From: an uncultured Clostridia bacterium
Lineage (GTDB): Bacteria; Bacillota; Dehalobacteriia; UBA4068
Reading direction: 5' to 3'
Assembly (NCBI GenBank): GCA_944393575.1
Contig: CALYAP010000030.1
Span: forward strand, 180-64,179
DNA length: 64,000 nt
In this document: in pieces, positions 9,872-21,915 of the stretch
Position numbering within the stretch: the stretch's first letter is position 1
Layout: every line of letters starts with the position of its first letter
Notes under the pieces: generated by a model
The model's input: the letters and a program-made list of their open reading frames with translations, nothing else
Databases searched by the model: none
Told to the model about the DNA's origin: nothing
Program-made: the position numbers and the translations under genes

Positions 9872-10585
9872 CTATACCGACTGGGCATTGATCGCCGCAG
9901 CCATATAGCCGGCGCCAAAGCCATTATCAATATTGACTACCGCCATACCAGTAGCGCAGCTATTCAGCATCGACAACAATGCCGATAGTCCACCGAATCC
10001 AGAGCCATAACCAACACTAGTCGGAACCGCTATTACCGGAGTGGAGGTCAGTCCACCGATCACCGAAGGCAAGGCGCCCTCCATACCAGCCGCCGCAACT
10101 ACGGCATTAGCTTCATTGAGTACTTCTTCCTGAGCTAGTAGCCGGTGGATACCAGCGACCCCTACATCATATACGCGGCGAACATTAGCGCCCATCAGCT
10201 CGGCGGTCAAAGCAGCTTCCTCTGCTACCGGCAGATCAGAGGTTCCGGCGCAGAAAACCGCCACTAGACCAATGCCTGTTTCCGGCTTATGGTCATAGAT
10301 AATGCGAGCTGTCTCATCATACTGCAGTTCTGGCATCTGCTCTTGAACCTGCTGATACTTCTCTGCAGAACAACGAGTAGCAAAAATAGGGCTACGCCTG
10401 CCTTGAGCGTCGGGTTCGTTTTTATCCAACAGTCGTTGAAAGATCGCTACGATCTGATCTGCGGTCTTTCCCTCGCCATAAATTACCTCCGGCCAGCCGC
10501 AACGCCGCTTACGGTCATAATCAGGACGGGCATAAGGCGTTGCTTCATGATCTATTCTATCATTCAAGTCTATTTTATCGTTCAT
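9872..10585 (-). CDS. larB: LarB-like (PurE-fold) nickel-pincer cofactor biosynthesis carboxylase/hydrolase
   Basis: AGTSDLPVAEEA...AGMEGALPSVIGGL...VIAVPTSVGYG motifs. Confidence 0.75.
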   Translation of the reverse strand: MNDKIDLNDRIDHEATPYARPDYDRKRRCGWPEVIYGEGKTADQIVAIFQRLLDKNEPDAQGRRSPIFATRCSAEKYQQVQEQMPELQYDETARIIYDHKPETGIGLVAVFCAGTSDLPVAEEAALTAELMGANVRRVYDVGVAGIHRLLAQEEVLNEANAVVAAAGMEGALPSVIGGLTSTPVIAVPTSVGYGSGFGGLSALLSMLNSCATGMAVVNIDNGFGAGYMAAAINAQSV

Positions 10586-10700
10586 ACCATCACCTCATTA
10601 TAAATAATAAATACTATACCCTTGTCCATTTGTCCTTTTGGGATTATAATATTAACCAACTAAGATTCATCAACTAAGAAATAGCGAAGGGAGAAAAGCA

Positions 10701-11795
10701 ATGGCTTTATCATGCGGTATCATCGGACTGCCGATGACCGGCAAAACAACCTTTTTTAATCTGCTGACCGGCGAGGAGGCTGAAACCAGCGATTTCTTCA
10801 CCGGCAAAACATCAACTAATACTGGCCATGCGGTAATCCCCGATGAAAGAGTAGATTACCTCTCCGCCATGTTCAAACCCAAGAAAACCACTTATGCCAG
10901 CGTAGAGGTTATCGATGTCCCAGGGTTAGTCCGCGGCTCCAGCCAGGGACAGGGCAGCGGTAATGAATTTCTGGCCTCCGTCCGCAATACTGACCTGCTG
11001 GCACATATTGTCCGGGCCTTTGCCAATGATGAGATTCTCCATGCGGAAGAAAGCATCGATATCATGCGCGATATTGCCACTATTGATTCGGAGCTGCTCT
11101 TTGCCGACCTGCAAATGATCGACACCCGCCTCTCCCGCATCAATAATGGCCATAAAAAGAAATTGGAACATCCACTGGAAGAAGAGACGTTGAAAAAATG
11201 TCAGGATTTCCTGATGGAAGAAAAACCACTCAAACTGCTGGAACTCTCCGAAGAAGAAAAGGAATCAGTCAAGCATATTCCCTTCCTGACCGATAAACCC
11301 ATGTTGATCGTTATCAATATCGATGAGGATCAGCTGGCAGCAGATGACTATCCACAAAAAGAACAGGTGGTCGCCTACTGCGCGGACCAAGGGTATGAGC
11401 TACTGGCTGTCTGCGCCAAAACCGAACAGGAAATCGCCCAATTGCCGGCAGAAGACCGGCAAATGTTCATGGATGAACTGGGAATCACTGAGCCGGGAGT
11501 TTCCCGTATTGCCAAGGCTATCTATGCACAGCTGGGATTGATCTCCTTTTTGACCGCCGGTGAAGATGAAGTCAAAGCCTGGACCATTCAGCGAGACCTG
11601 CCTGCCAAAAAGGCTGCCGGCAAAATCCACTCCGATATCGAGAGAGGTTTTATTCGAGCAGAAACAGTGGCCTTTGACGATCTTAAAGAATGCGGATCAA
11701 TGGCAGCAGCCCGCGACAAAGGTTGCTTCCGATTGGAGGGCAAAGATTATCCAGTACAAGACGGCGATATCATCAATTTCCGTTTCAACGTCTAA
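10701..11795 (+). CDS. ychF: Redox-regulated ATPase YchF
   Basis: GIIGLPMTGKTTFFN P-loop, TGS-like C-terminus IHSDIERGFIRAE...DGDIINFRFNV. Confidence 0.95.
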   Translation: MALSCGIIGLPMTGKTTFFNLLTGEEAETSDFFTGKTSTNTGHAVIPDERVDYLSAMFKPKKTTYASVEVIDVPGLVRGSSQGQGSGNEFLASVRNTDLLAHIVRAFANDEILHAEESIDIMRDIATIDSELLFADLQMIDTRLSRINNGHKKKLEHPLEEETLKKCQDFLMEEKPLKLLELSEEEKESVKHIPFLTDKPMLIVINIDEDQLAADDYPQKEQVVAYCADQGYELLAVCAKTEQEIAQLPAEDRQMFMDELGITEPGVSRIAKAIYAQLGLISFLTAGEDEVKAWTIQRDLPAKKAAGKIHSDIERGFIRAETVAFDDLKECGSMAAARDKGCFRLEGKDYPVQDGDIINFRFNV

Positions 11796-11927
11796 AAGAT
11801 GCCAGCCAAATTTTTAGTAGGCAAATAAAAGCCAAGCGAAGCTTAAGATATCAACTTCTGTTACAAGCAAATGCTCAAACTTCTTGGTCACCAACAAGCT
11901 GATAAAACATGCGCTTGCTAAATACTC

Positions 11928-11965
11928 AAAGACCTGTATGCTAATTAACATACAGGTCTTTATAA
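11928..11965. terminator. Bidirectional terminator between ychF and ispE
   Basis: AAAGACCTGTATG / CATACAGGTCTTT 13-bp perfect stem flanked by A and T runs. Confidence 0.7.
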
Positions 11966-12119
11966 TTACTCAAGAATATTTTACCGGAGCCTAGTTTAGC
12001 TAAGGGTCAGTGCTTTCTAGCAAAGAATAACCTCATCTATCACCAATTTATTCTCACTGCCATTACCGCAGCACATAAAATAATACTGATTACATCATGC
12101 TGTCATGCTATTATGACCG

Positions 12120-13013
12120 CTATTTTATAACAGTCTCATCTACTATGCCGTGGGTTAAACTATGAGCCTTTCGGCCGGCAATCCCCTGTTTTTGCAAAGC
12201 GGCCAAGGCAGCATTCTCTCGCTCGCAATCTCCATCACTGAGGGCAAAGACACAGCTGCCGCTGCCGCTCATCAATGGGAATAGCCCGTGAGAGCTCAAA
12301 ATCTCTTTCGCAACTGCTATCTCTGGACACAGCGACATTGCTGCCGGCTCCAACATATTAGCCATTTGGGCAGATATCATTGCTATATCTCCACTTTGCA
12401 AAGCTTTAAGCAAACCAGAGAAATCCAGAACAACAGCGCCAGGAGACAAACGGTCAAAGGCTGCAAACACCATTGCTGTCGACAATGATGCCGGAGGAAT
12501 AGCAATCAATAATGGATATTCCTGAGCTTGAGAGCAGGGCAAAACATCCTCACCTGCGCCCCTAATCTCTGCCAAACCTCCATAAAGAAAGAATGGGATA
12601 TCAGCTCCCAAAGTAAAACCCAGTGTTGCCAATTCTGCTACAGAGAGTTCCAAAGCAAACAACTTATTTACTCCCAGCAAAACAGCTGCGGCATCGGCAG
12701 ATCCTCCACCGAGACCACCTCCAGCAGGAATATCTTTAACAATATTGATAGACAAATGGTTATCTAGTGAATAAGTATTGCGCAACAAATCCCAAGCACG
12801 CCAGGCTAGATTACCCACAAGGGCACAATCCACAGGCGGAGAACACTGACAAGAATCACTATCAGCAATAGCCAGTTCCACCTGGTCATAAAGGCTAACT
12901 GTCTGCATCAAGCTCCGCAGCTGATGATAACCGTCCGCCCGTTTACCCACAACCTCAAGTGACCAGTTGATTTTTGCCGGAACGGATAAGCGTATTCTCT
13001 TACCATCTATCAT
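12120..13013 (-). CDS. ispE: 4-diphosphocytidyl-2-C-methyl-D-erythritol kinase
   Basis: PAKINWSLEVVGKRADGYH start and GHMP kinase motif PAGGGLGGGSADAAA. Confidence 0.9.
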   Translation of the reverse strand: MIDGKRIRLSVPAKINWSLEVVGKRADGYHQLRSLMQTVSLYDQVELAIADSDSCQCSPPVDCALVGNLAWRAWDLLRNTYSLDNHLSINIVKDIPAGGGLGGGSADAAAVLLGVNKLFALELSVAELATLGFTLGADIPFFLYGGLAEIRGAGEDVLPCSQAQEYPLLIAIPPASLSTAMVFAAFDRLSPGAVVLDFSGLLKALQSGDIAMISAQMANMLEPAAMSLCPEIAVAKEILSSHGLFPLMSGSGSCVFALSDGDCERENAALAALQKQGIAGRKAHSLTHGIVDETVIK

Positions 13014-13017
13014 GCCT

Positions 13018-14733
13018 TTACCCTAAAAGTTCTTTTTTGAGCTGCATAAAACGTTCATCGAAATAATAGGCGCCTTGTACCTGTGGAGTTGGTTCGCCAA
13101 ACGGCTTAACGCTCAAGGCCAGCAGCGGCGGCGCCTGGATACGTTTAGCAGTACCAACCACCCGGTACATTCGCCACCAATATTCAATATCAGCGATCAA
13201 AGATGCTGCATCGGCAAAGAGTTGTCTCACCAACCCAGGGGCGCAACCGATCTCCTCTTCCAGCCTGCCATTACGATAAGCCAACAAGGTGTCGGCAGGA
13301 GTTTGCCCCCCCTCTACCCATGATTTGAGCAGATAATCATGATAGGCATAAATCAAAGGATCGCCCAGTCCCTTAGTCACGTCCTGGTTGGGAGAAAGCT
13401 CCGCGGAGGGCCGAATCGCAGCAATTTGGTCTAAAGGTGCATCGGGGAAAAGACCCTGAAAATGATGTGATGCTGCATAAACCTGATATTTCCATAAATC
13501 AGCCTGCGCAGCAAAAGCACCAGCCAGATCGCCATAAAAAGTAGCATAACCAACACTCAGCTCCGCCTTATTGCCATTGCAGGTGAAGATAGCTCCTAAC
13601 CCAGCTGCGGCAGCAGCGAGGATACGTGCCCGCTCGCGTGCCATCACATTTTCCTTCACACTATCAGTGAGCTGCACATAGGTCTTCTTTTCACCAGGGG
13701 CAGTAAAAGCATCTTCAGCAAAGCTGTCATAAAACAAAGCTAAACCTGCTTCGATCGGCATAGTCATGAAATTCAGACCCAATCCCTCGGCCATACCCTG
13801 GGCCAAGGATTTAGTCGCAGTACTATTAAAGCGGCTAGGCATAGAAATCAAATAAACATTATCCGCACCTAAGGCCTGCCGGTACACACAAGCAGCCAAA
13901 GCAGAATCAATACCGCCAGAGATGCCGATCACCGCCCGTGAAGCATTGATAGAAGCACAGAATTCCCCTGCACCGGCAACTAAAGCATCAGCCAATAAAG
14001 CATCGCCGGTAGGGGCCGCAATACACTCCCCACCATTGATATGCCATAAATAAAGCCCCTCCGCAAAAGCAGCTCCAGCAGCAATCACCTGCTGATCAGC
14101 ATTATAAAAGGAGCTGCAACCAGCAAAAAGATAATTGGCCTTGCCCAGGCTTACTAAGCCAATACTACCCATCTGGATAACAGGCAGCTTGGTCTGGGGC
14201 AGCGGGGCCTTAGCATCTCCAATGATCAAAGGCTGAGGAGAAAGTGCGATCGCCAGTTCAGCATCTGTATCCGGCAAAGGCTGCTCCCGCCAATCGCCAA
14301 GCAAAAGCAGAACCTTTCGTTCTTTGCCGTCAATAGGTAGACTGATGGTCTGAGTTGATGAAATAGCTGGTGCAGGCAGAATCGTGCTGGCAAAATAATT
14401 AGCTGCTCCTAAGGCAGGAACAGCTGCCAGCTGGCTATTTACGGCCAAAAAGATCCGGCTTTCAGTAACGCCATTTTCACGGTGCAGATTGCCGAATATC
14501 ACTTGGATATCAGCGGCAGCAGCGGCTATTGCCTGCGCCGCAGCAGCACAATCTGCAATCAAACCCTCATCATTTACCAATTCATCAGCCAAATATCCGC
14601 ATAACGCAAACTCCGGGAAGATAATCGTCTCTGCGCCGGCGATACGGGCACGCTGAATCAGCTCCAGCATTTGTTGTTTATTTTTTCGCGGATCAGCCAA
14701 GGCTACCCGCATTTGAGCAATAGCAATAGTCAT
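13018..14733 (-). CDS. nadE: Glutamine-dependent NAD+ synthetase
   Basis: N-terminal CN-hydrolase-like domain plus a C-terminal SGGIDSAL PP-loop. 571 aa. Confidence 0.85.
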   Translation of the reverse strand: MTIAIAQMRVALADPRKNKQQMLELIQRARIAGAETIIFPEFALCGYLADELVNDEGLIADCAAAAQAIAAAAADIQVIFGNLHRENGVTESRIFLAVNSQLAAVPALGAANYFASTILPAPAISSTQTISLPIDGKERKVLLLLGDWREQPLPDTDAELAIALSPQPLIIGDAKAPLPQTKLPVIQMGSIGLVSLGKANYLFAGCSSFYNADQQVIAAGAAFAEGLYLWHINGGECIAAPTGDALLADALVAGAGEFCASINASRAVIGISGGIDSALAACVYRQALGADNVYLISMPSRFNSTATKSLAQGMAEGLGLNFMTMPIEAGLALFYDSFAEDAFTAPGEKKTYVQLTDSVKENVMARERARILAAAAAGLGAIFTCNGNKAELSVGYATFYGDLAGAFAAQADLWKYQVYAASHHFQGLFPDAPLDQIAAIRPSAELSPNQDVTKGLGDPLIYAYHDYLLKSWVEGGQTPADTLLAYRNGRLEEEIGCAPGLVRQLFADAASLIADIEYWWRMYRVVGTAKRIQAPPLLALSVKPFGEPTPQVQGAYYFDERFMQLKKELLG

Positions 14734-14737
14734 TTTC

Positions 14738-15550
14738 TCAACTCCCTACCAGCTTAATTATCTCATCAATATACTGATTAGCACATTCTTCTCCCCAGAT
14801 ACGGCATTGAGCAATGCCTTCTGTATTAAGCGAATCCACATGATGCGGGATCGGACGGAGAATAATATCACCATCAATCTCCTGATAACTCGAGGTGGCA
14901 ATATCCAAAGAGCGGTTGACAATATCAAGAATATTCGTCGGTTCAGACATATCCGGGGCATAAAGGCTGATGGCGATAACAATATCCGCACCCATAGCCC
15001 GCACCACATCACCAGGACAATTATCAAGGATATACCCGTCTACCAGCAGCATATCGCCCATTTTAACCGGAGTAAAAACGCCGGGAATAGCAGAGCTGGC
15101 CCGTACTGCCAGAGCAGTATCCCCACGGTCAAAAAGGATTTTTTTCCGGCTCATCAAATCCACCGCAACAATCTTCAAAGGGATATCCATCTCTTCGATC
15201 CGTTTTCCTTTGGTGCAGGTACGGATCAGATCAGTATATTTATCCGCAGGGATAAGCCCCTTACGGTTAGGACGCACCTTCAAAGTAGAATCGATATCAT
15301 ACTCATTAAAGAGAAAATCAAGCATTTTCCAGTCATATCCAGAAGCATAAAGGGCAGCCACAGCTGCACCGATAGAAGTGCCGGCGACCATATCGATAGG
15401 GATATTATGTTCGGTAAGGACTTTTAGGATACCAACGTGAGCAGAGCCCTTTAAGCCACCGCCGCCAAAAGCGACGCCAACCTTTTTTCGCTGCTTATGC
15501 TGCCGTGCTTCCTTCCCGTCCCCCGGATGTTTTTTCCCTATTCCGAGCAT
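14738..15550 (-). CDS. Patatin-like phospholipase
   Basis: GVAFGGGGLKG oxyanion motif and GTSIG nucleophile elbow. Confidence 0.8.
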   Translation of the reverse strand: MLGIGKKHPGDGKEARQHKQRKKVGVAFGGGGLKGSAHVGILKVLTEHNIPIDMVAGTSIGAAVAALYASGYDWKMLDFLFNEYDIDSTLKVRPNRKGLIPADKYTDLIRTCTKGKRIEEMDIPLKIVAVDLMSRKKILFDRGDTALAVRASSAIPGVFTPVKMGDMLLVDGYILDNCPGDVVRAMGADIVIAISLYAPDMSEPTNILDIVNRSLDIATSSYQEIDGDIILRPIPHHVDSLNTEGIAQCRIWGEECANQYIDEIIKLVGS

Positions 15551-15660
15551 AGTTCACCTCAAAGCTGTTCTGCCCTTAGTTTATCCTCAGGATATTATTA
15601 ATATTAAAAACCTAATAAAACTTTATAACGATATTATCGGCTTATAGTTAAACCCTAGGA

Positions 15661-16839
15661 TTAAAACTCCACTTTGCCAAGGACTTTTTTCATTCTGGCA
15701 ATAGCTTCTGCCATCCGGTTTTCCTCGGTGGTCAGAGTAGCTCTGAAAAAGCCTTCGCCAGCAGGTCCATAACCAGCACCAGGAGTAATAACGACCTCGG
15801 CCTTGTCCAAAATAAACTCGGCAAAGGAGCCGGAGGTATAGCCCTTAGGTACAGGAGCCCAAACATAGAAGGTGCCTTTCGGATAGGCCAAATCCCAACC
15901 CATCTCATTGAGTCCGCCAACCAGGATATCACGGCGGGCAGCGTACTTAGCGCGGGAAGCGCTGACGATCTCCTCCGGATGATTCAAACCAGCTATACCA
16001 GCATATTGGATCGCCTGGAAAACGCCGCTGTCAACATTGGATTTATAAGTAGTCAAAGCCTTGACTGCTACAGAATTACCCACGACAAAACCAATACGCC
16101 AGCCAGTCATGTTGAAAGGCTTAGAGCAAGAGCCAAATTCAACTGCCACATCTTTAGCACCCGGCACTTCAAAAATGCTCGGAGCAACATAGCCGTCATA
16201 AGTCATCTCAGAATAAGCGCTATCATGACAGATTAGGATATCATGTTTTTTGGCAAAAGCCACCGCCTCTTCAAAGAATGCTAAGTCAGCCACTGCACCG
16301 GTAGGATTATTCGGATAATTGAGCCACATCAGTTTGGCCCGGTCTGCGATACCGTCGGGAATAAGGTCAAACTGAGGCAGGAATCCGTGCTCAGGGTCTA
16401 AACGCATCGGATAGCTGAAACCACCAGCCATCATTGTAGCTGTAGCGTAAACCGGATAAGCTGGGTCTGGGATCAGGTTGATGTCGCCTGGGTCAACGAA
16501 GCAATAGTTGATATTAGCAATACCTTCTTTGGAACCAATCAGCGTGCAGACTTCATTGTTAGGGTCAATATCATTGATACCAAAGCGTCTGGCATAAAAT
16601 TCAGCCACTGCTTTACGGAAGGACAGCATTCCCTGAGAAGATGGGTACTGGTGATTGACCGGATCATGGGCAGTACGGCACAGTTCTTCGATGATATTAT
16701 CCGGAGTGGGCAGATCAGGATCGCCAATACCTAGGCTGATGATATCCTTGCCCGCCTGCTTGGCTTCATCAATCTTTCTTTCGATATCTGCAAACAGATA
16801 TGGTGGTATTTGTTGGACTCTCTTGGCAAGCTCTTTCAT
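15661..16839 (-). CDS. dapL: Class I/II aminotransferase, probably LL-diaminopimelate aminotransferase (DapL2-type)
   Basis: [12 protein letters not shown]...[13 protein letters not shown] start and [15 protein letters not shown]-lysine motif. The gene lies immediately downstream of dapF in the same orientation. Confidence 0.65.
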   Translation of the reverse strand: MKELAKRVQQIPPYLFADIERKIDEAKQAGKDIISLGIGDPDLPTPDNIIEELCRTAHDPVNHQYPSSQGMLSFRKAVAEFYARRFGINDIDPNNEVCTLIGSKEGIANINYCFVDPGDINLIPDPAYPVYATATMMAGGFSYPMRLDPEHGFLPQFDLIPDGIADRAKLMWLNYPNNPTGAVADLAFFEEAVAFAKKHDILICHDSAYSEMTYDGYVAPSIFEVPGAKDVAVEFGSCSKPFNMTGWRIGFVVGNSVAVKALTTYKSNVDSGVFQAIQYAGIAGLNHPEEIVSASRAKYAARRDILVGGLNEMGWDLAYPKGTFYVWAPVPKGYTSGSFAEFILDKAEVVITPGAGYGPAGEGFFRATLTTEENRMAEAIARMKKVLGKVEF

Positions 16840-16891
16840 GCGTTCAAACCTCCACTTTTTATTTTCTATGTAATCAATTTATCATTAACAA

Positions 16892-17722
16892 CTACAGTTT
16901 ATAGTCGCCTTCAGCCACTAAGGTAGCAGGGCCAGTCATATAAATATGCTCATCTGCAGCCCACTCTACATCAAGTGAACCATGGCGTAAGATCACCTCG
17001 GCATGGCGGCCAATATAGCCATTAAGACTAGCAGCCACCATTGCAGCACAAGCTCCTGTACCGCAGGCCAAAGTCTCTCCACAAGCACGTTCCCATACCC
17101 GCATCTGCAGCCTCTCCTGATCCAGCACTTTGATAAACTCAACATTAGTTTTTTGGGGAAAGGCAGGGTGCGTTTCTACCAGCGGGCCAATCTCCCGTAC
17201 TGGGAAGCTATCGGTATCATCAACAAAGATGACGCAATGGGGATTGCCCATTGATACCAAGGTCACCGCATAGGTCTGATCACCAACTAACAAAGGCTGG
17301 CTCACTACCTGAGTGCCGCTAAAATGAGCCGGTATCTGCTCCGGGGCCAATCTGGGTTTATCCATATCGACACGGACGATTCCCTTTTGTTCATCAACGA
17401 TCGACGGCTTAGCTATGCCGTTAACCAGCTCAAAGATGAAGTCATTATCAGTAGTGATCCCTTCTTGTTTAGCAAAAAGGGCTGCACAGCGCAGGCCATT
17501 ACCACAGCTCTCTGCCTGAGAGCCATCATCATTATAGATCAAGAAACGTGCTGTAGCATCTTGATCCGCCGGGCATAACACGATCAATCCATCTGCACCG
17601 ATGCCTAAATGACGATCGCAGACAGCGATAGCCAGCCGATTAAGATCATCCGGCAGTTTTTCCTTAAAGCCGTTTACCATCACAAAGTCATTTCCTAAAC
17701 CATGCATTTTGGCAAAACGCAT
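16892..17722 (-). CDS. dapF: Diaminopimelate epimerase
   Basis: MRFAKMHGLGNDFVMV start, plus the two catalytic Cys contexts (ESCGNGLRC and ACGTGACA). RBS AAAGGAGG before the ATG at 17722. Confidence 0.9.
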   Translation of the reverse strand: MRFAKMHGLGNDFVMVNGFKEKLPDDLNRLAIAVCDRHLGIGADGLIVLCPADQDATARFLIYNDDGSQAESCGNGLRCAALFAKQEGITTDNDFIFELVNGIAKPSIVDEQKGIVRVDMDKPRLAPEQIPAHFSGTQVVSQPLLVGDQTYAVTLVSMGNPHCVIFVDDTDSFPVREIGPLVETHPAFPQKTNVEFIKVLDQERLQMRVWERACGETLACGTGACAAMVAASLNGYIGRHAEVILRHGSLDVEWAADEHIYMTGPATLVAEGDYKL

Positions 17723-17774
17723 CAGCAAGCCTCCTTTCACTACCACAGCGAACCTGTTTGACAGCAAATGCTAG

Positions 17775-19100
17775 TTAAAATTTGTTGAGGTACCTTTCCA
17801 TTTCCCAATCAGTTACTTGAATACGGTAGTCATCCCATTCCTGCAATTTGTTTTCAATAAAGCAGTTGAAAATATGGTCTCCCAGAGTATCGCGCATCAG
17901 CTCGCTTTTACGCATTATTTCAATAGCCTCAGCCAAAGAACTGGGCAGCAACTCTAAGTTATAGTCGTTGCGCTGAGCCTCGCTCATATGGAAAATATTT
18001 AATTCCACGGGATCAGGCGGAGTGAGCTGCTTTTTAATGCCATCTAAACCAGCTCTGATCATCGCGGCAAAAGCAAGGTAAGGATTGCAGGCCGGATCCG
18101 GAGAACGCAATTCCATTCTGGTTGAATTACCACGTTTAGCAGGCACACGGACTAAGGGCGAACGATTTTTGCCTGCCCAGGCAACATATACCGGAGCTTC
18201 ATAGCCAGACACCAGACGTTTGTAGGAATTGACCGTGCAATTAGTGATAGCGGTAAGCGCTCTGGCATGGCGCAGCAAACCTGCTAAATACTGGTAAGCA
18301 GTAGTAGAAAGCCCATTTACTCCGTTGGGATCATAAAAAGCGTTCTTGCCGTCTTTAGTCAAAGACTGGTTGACATGCATACCAGAGCCAGCGATACCAA
18401 ACACCGGTTTAGGCATAAAGGTGGCATGAAGCCCATGACGCTGGGCAACCCGCCGTACTACATATTTAAAGATCTGGACATAGTCGGCTGTTTTCAAAGC
18501 GTCCATATATTTAAAATCGATCTCATGCTGTCCCGGCGCTACCTCGTGATGCGAAGCCTCGATCTCAAAGCCGATCGACTCCAGATAAAGCACCATATCA
18601 CGGCGAGCGGCCTCACCAAGATCAACTGGAGCCAGATCAAAATAGGACGCCTGGTCATTGGTCTCCAAAGTAGGACGACCCTTTTCATCCGTATGGAAAA
18701 GGAAAAATTCTGCCTCAGGTCCCATATTAACAGTAAAGCCCATTTCCGCAGCCTCGGCGATCGCCCGTCTTAAAACATACCGCGGGTCGCCGACAAATGG
18801 TTCGCCGGAATCAGTATAGATATCACAGATCATCCGGGCAGTATGATTATCAAAACCAGTGCTGGGTACTATGCTCCAAGTATTATAATCGGGATAAAGA
18901 TACATATCGCTTTCTTCGATACGGACAAAGCCATCGATCGAAGAGCCATCAAACATCAGCTCATTATCAAGAGCTTTTTCTAACTGAGATACTGTGATCG
19001 CAACATTTTTCATCACGCCAAGGATATCGGTGAACTGTAAGCGAATAAATTCAACCTTGGCGTCTTTGGCCATAGCAATAATATCTTCCCGTTTCAGCAT
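17775..19100 (-). CDS. glnA: Glutamine synthetase type I
   Basis: [33 protein letters not shown] motifs. GGTGGGG RBS before the ATG at 19100. Confidence 0.95.
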   Translation of the reverse strand: MLKREDIIAMAKDAKVEFIRLQFTDILGVMKNVAITVSQLEKALDNELMFDGSSIDGFVRIEESDMYLYPDYNTWSIVPSTGFDNHTARMICDIYTDSGEPFVGDPRYVLRRAIAEAAEMGFTVNMGPEAEFFLFHTDEKGRPTLETNDQASYFDLAPVDLGEAARRDMVLYLESIGFEIEASHHEVAPGQHEIDFKYMDALKTADYVQIFKYVVRRVAQRHGLHATFMPKPVFGIAGSGMHVNQSLTKDGKNAFYDPNGVNGLSTTAYQYLAGLLRHARALTAITNCTVNSYKRLVSGYEAPVYVAWAGKNRSPLVRVPAKRGNSTRMELRSPDPACNPYLAFAAMIRAGLDGIKKQLTPPDPVELNIFHMSEAQRNDYNLELLPSSLAEAIEIMRKSELMRDTLGDHIFNCFIENKLQEWDDYRIQVTDWEMERYLNKF

Positions 19101-19417
19101 ATCAACCCCACCTTTTTTAATAAAATACATTGAATATCAATATTTTTGCCATAATTAAATTCCGGAAAAATATTGTTTTTCATCCATTTACAATTACTTA
19201 TTATACAAAAGGGATGAAAAATAAAAAATTCTCTAAACTACTATTATTCTCCGCTATATCCCGCTTTCCTGTTATGGGGCAGCGATATTTCCCTGGATAT
19301 TTTCATTTTCTTTCTAATTTTGCCTATCAAGAAAATAGCATAAATCATCATCAATACGCCATATAAATATGGCTTAGCCCAACAATATATTTGCATATGC
19401 CCCAAAAGGAGGCTCAA

Positions 19418-19984
19418 ATGTTCTTTGGCTCTTTAGTATTGATTGGTCTTTCTCTGGCCATGGACGCATCAGCTATCGCAATCAGCAATGGTATCGTCTA
19501 TGAAGGAGGAGCAAAACAGTCGGTTATCACTGCTCTGACCTTTGGGTTAGCACAAGCGATAATGCCCGTATTAGGGTATCTGGCTGGTACCGGACTGGCT
19601 GATATCATCAGTAGCATCGACCACTGGCTAGCATTTATCCTTCTGGCAGGAATCGGCGGCAAAATGCTTTACGAGGGGATCCGCGAGCTTAAAAGCGAAG
19701 AACTCCCCAAGGGCGACAAAAAACTCCCCGTCAAAACATTGATCATGCAAGCCATTGCTACCAGCATCGATGCCCTAGTTATCGGCGTCAGCTTTGCTGC
19801 CTTAGGCGTCAATATTATCCAGGCTTCCTTAATCATCGGTATCGTCACCTTTATCTGTTGTATGATCTGCTCTGTCTTGGGCAACCGTTTCGGACGTTAT
19901 ATCCGCAAATATGCCACTATTTTTGGTGGCATCCTGCTGATTATCATCGGCATCAAGACACTTATCGAGCATCTGGCCGGCTAA
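19418..19984 (+). CDS. mntP: Manganese efflux pump MntP
   Basis: LSLAMDASAIAISNG and ATSIDALVIGVSFA duplicated DUF204 motifs. AAGGAGG RBS before the ATG at 19418. Confidence 0.85.
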   Translation: MFFGSLVLIGLSLAMDASAIAISNGIVYEGGAKQSVITALTFGLAQAIMPVLGYLAGTGLADIISSIDHWLAFILLAGIGGKMLYEGIRELKSEELPKGDKKLPVKTLIMQAIATSIDALVIGVSFAALGVNIIQASLIIGIVTFICCMICSVLGNRFGRYIRKYATIFGGILLIIIGIKTLIEHLAG

Positions 19985-20122
19985 GCGCTAGCCAGCCTAG
20001 CACCTGTATAACAAAATCAACCGATAAACAGCAGATAAGATGAAGTAATTTTCAGGAAAAACTTGTATATTTATTAATATAAGGTTAAAATATAGGTTAG
20101 AACTTTTGGGGAGGATAAAATA

Positions 20123-21808
20123 ATGACGCGGAATTTTGACGAACTGCCAGCCAATCATTTTATCAATGCTATTATCAACGAAGATATCGCTTCCGGGCGT
20201 TTTGACCGTAAAATCCATACCCGGTTTCCACCCGAACCCAACGGTTACCTGCATATCGGACATGCTAAAGCGATCTTCATTGATTTTTCTACAGCAGAAG
20301 AATATGGCGGGCTGTGCAATTTGCGCATGGATGACACTAACCCCACCAAAGAAGATGTCGAATTCGTCGACGCCATCAAAGATGATATTCATTGGCTCGG
20401 ATATGACTGGGGCGACCGCTTCTTCTATGCCTCCGATTATTTCGAGCAAATGTACCAATATGCAGTTGACCTGATTAAAAAGGGTCTAGCCTATGTCTGT
20501 GAACTTTCTCCCGATGAATTCAAAAGTATGCGCGGCGATCTTTCCCACCCAGCGACCAGCCCTTATCGGGACAGGCCTATTGAGGAAAATCTTGATCTGT
20601 TTGCCAGAATGCGGGCTGGAGAATTTGACAACGGAGCAATGACGCTGCGCGCCAAGATCGACCTGGCCTCGCCAAACTTCAATATGCGCGATCCGGTCAT
20701 CTACCGCATCAACCATATGCCCCATCACCGCACTGGCGATAAGTGGTGCATCTATCCAATGTATGATTTCGCTCACCCCCTGGAAGATGCCATTGAAGGC
20801 ATTACCCATTCCCTGTGCTCTTTAGAGTTTGAGGATCACCGTCCGCTCTATGACTGGGTCATCGCCAACTGCGATGTTCCCTGCAAGAGCCGTCAGATTG
20901 AGTTCGCCCGGCTCAATATCACCTACACAGTAATGAGCAAGCGTAAACTGCGCCGGCTGGTTGAAGGAGGATTCGTCCGCGGCTGGGACGATCCCCGGAT
21001 GCCTACCCTGGCAGGGATGCGGCGTAGAGGCTATCCTGCTGCTGCTATCCGCAATTTCTGTACCATGATCGGTGTGTCTAAGGCTAATTCCACGGTTGAA
21101 GTCGGCCAACTGGAATACTGCGTCAGAGAAAACCTCAATATCAATGCTGACCGGGCGATGGCCATCCTCGATCCGCTAAAGATCGTCATCACCAATTATC
21201 CAGAAGGCCAGACCGAGACTATGCTGGCAGAGAACAATCCAGCTACTGAGGGACGCGGTGAACGGGAAATCTCCTTCTCCCGTGAAATATATATTGAAAA
21301 AAGTGACTTCATGGAAGAGCCAGTCAAGGGCTTCCGCCGTTTGATCCCCGGTGGTGAAGTTCGACTCAAATATGCTTATATCATTCGCTGCGATGAAGTA
21401 ATAAAAGACGCTGATGGCAATATAGTAGAGCTGCATTGCAGCTATGATCCTGCTACCAGAAGTGGCAATGATACCAGCGGCAAGAAGGTCAAAGGCACTA
21501 TCCAATGGGTAGATGCAGCAACCGCTGTACCGGCTGAAATCCGTCTCTATGACCATCTCTTTACCAAGAGTAATCCAGATGACCTAGAAGAAGGCGAAGA
21601 TTTCACTGATTTTATCAACCCCGAAAGCCTGGTTATCCCGGAACATTCGCTGGTAGAAGCATCATTAGCCGCAGCAGAGATTGGCGTTCCTTATCAATTC
21701 ATGCGCACCGGTTACTTCGCCAAAGATATTGATAGCACTGACGACCATCTCGTCTTCAACCGCATCGTTTCCTTAAAAGATAGCTGGGGGAAAAAGCAGA
21801 ACAAATAA
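20123..21808 (+). CDS. glnS: Glutamine--tRNA ligase
   Basis: [17 protein letters not shown] (HIGH) and VMSKRKL (KMSKS) motifs. 561 aa. Confidence 0.95.
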   Translation: MTRNFDELPANHFINAIINEDIASGRFDRKIHTRFPPEPNGYLHIGHAKAIFIDFSTAEEYGGLCNLRMDDTNPTKEDVEFVDAIKDDIHWLGYDWGDRFFYASDYFEQMYQYAVDLIKKGLAYVCELSPDEFKSMRGDLSHPATSPYRDRPIEENLDLFARMRAGEFDNGAMTLRAKIDLASPNFNMRDPVIYRINHMPHHRTGDKWCIYPMYDFAHPLEDAIEGITHSLCSLEFEDHRPLYDWVIANCDVPCKSRQIEFARLNITYTVMSKRKLRRLVEGGFVRGWDDPRMPTLAGMRRRGYPAAAIRNFCTMIGVSKANSTVEVGQLEYCVRENLNINADRAMAILDPLKIVITNYPEGQTETMLAENNPATEGRGEREISFSREIYIEKSDFMEEPVKGFRRLIPGGEVRLKYAYIIRCDEVIKDADGNIVELHCSYDPATRSGNDTSGKKVKGTIQWVDAATAVPAEIRLYDHLFTKSNPDDLEEGEDFTDFINPESLVIPEHSLVEASLAAAEIGVPYQFMRTGYFAKDIDSTDDHLVFNRIVSLKDSWGKKQNK

Positions 21809-21915
21809 ACTTTTCCGCATCGTAAATCCACCCATTTTAATAAAATATTAAGCTTTTATGCCTTTGTTTTTAACTATCCGCATGATATAATTTTCTTGTA
21901 AGGGGGTGGATTATC

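Noticed and set aside
19131-19200. GlnR/TnrA box (TGTNA-N7-TNACA) upstream of glnA, suggested by TGTTTTTCATCCATTTACA.
   Set aside because: The spacing is 19 nt rather than 17 nt and the half-sites do not match, so I cannot support it by eye.
19131-19417. Possible Mn2+ (yybP-ykoY) riboswitch upstream of mntP. A long-range GGGGCA (about 19275) and UGCCCC (about 19398) pairing ends next to the RBS. There are partial look-alikes of GGGGAGUAGCG (here GGGGCAGCG) and UUGACAUA (here UUGCAUAU).
   Set aside because: The conserved L1 AGU is missing. There is no AGACC-type 3' element or P4 hairpin after the UUGCAUAU-like segment, and the order of elements does not fit the four-helix architecture. Infernal with RF00080 would settle it.
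19997-20458. A 153-aa minus-strand ORF spanning the glnS start region.
   Set aside because: It overlaps the well-supported glnS N-terminus (HIGH motif region) and its promoter, and has no recognisable features.
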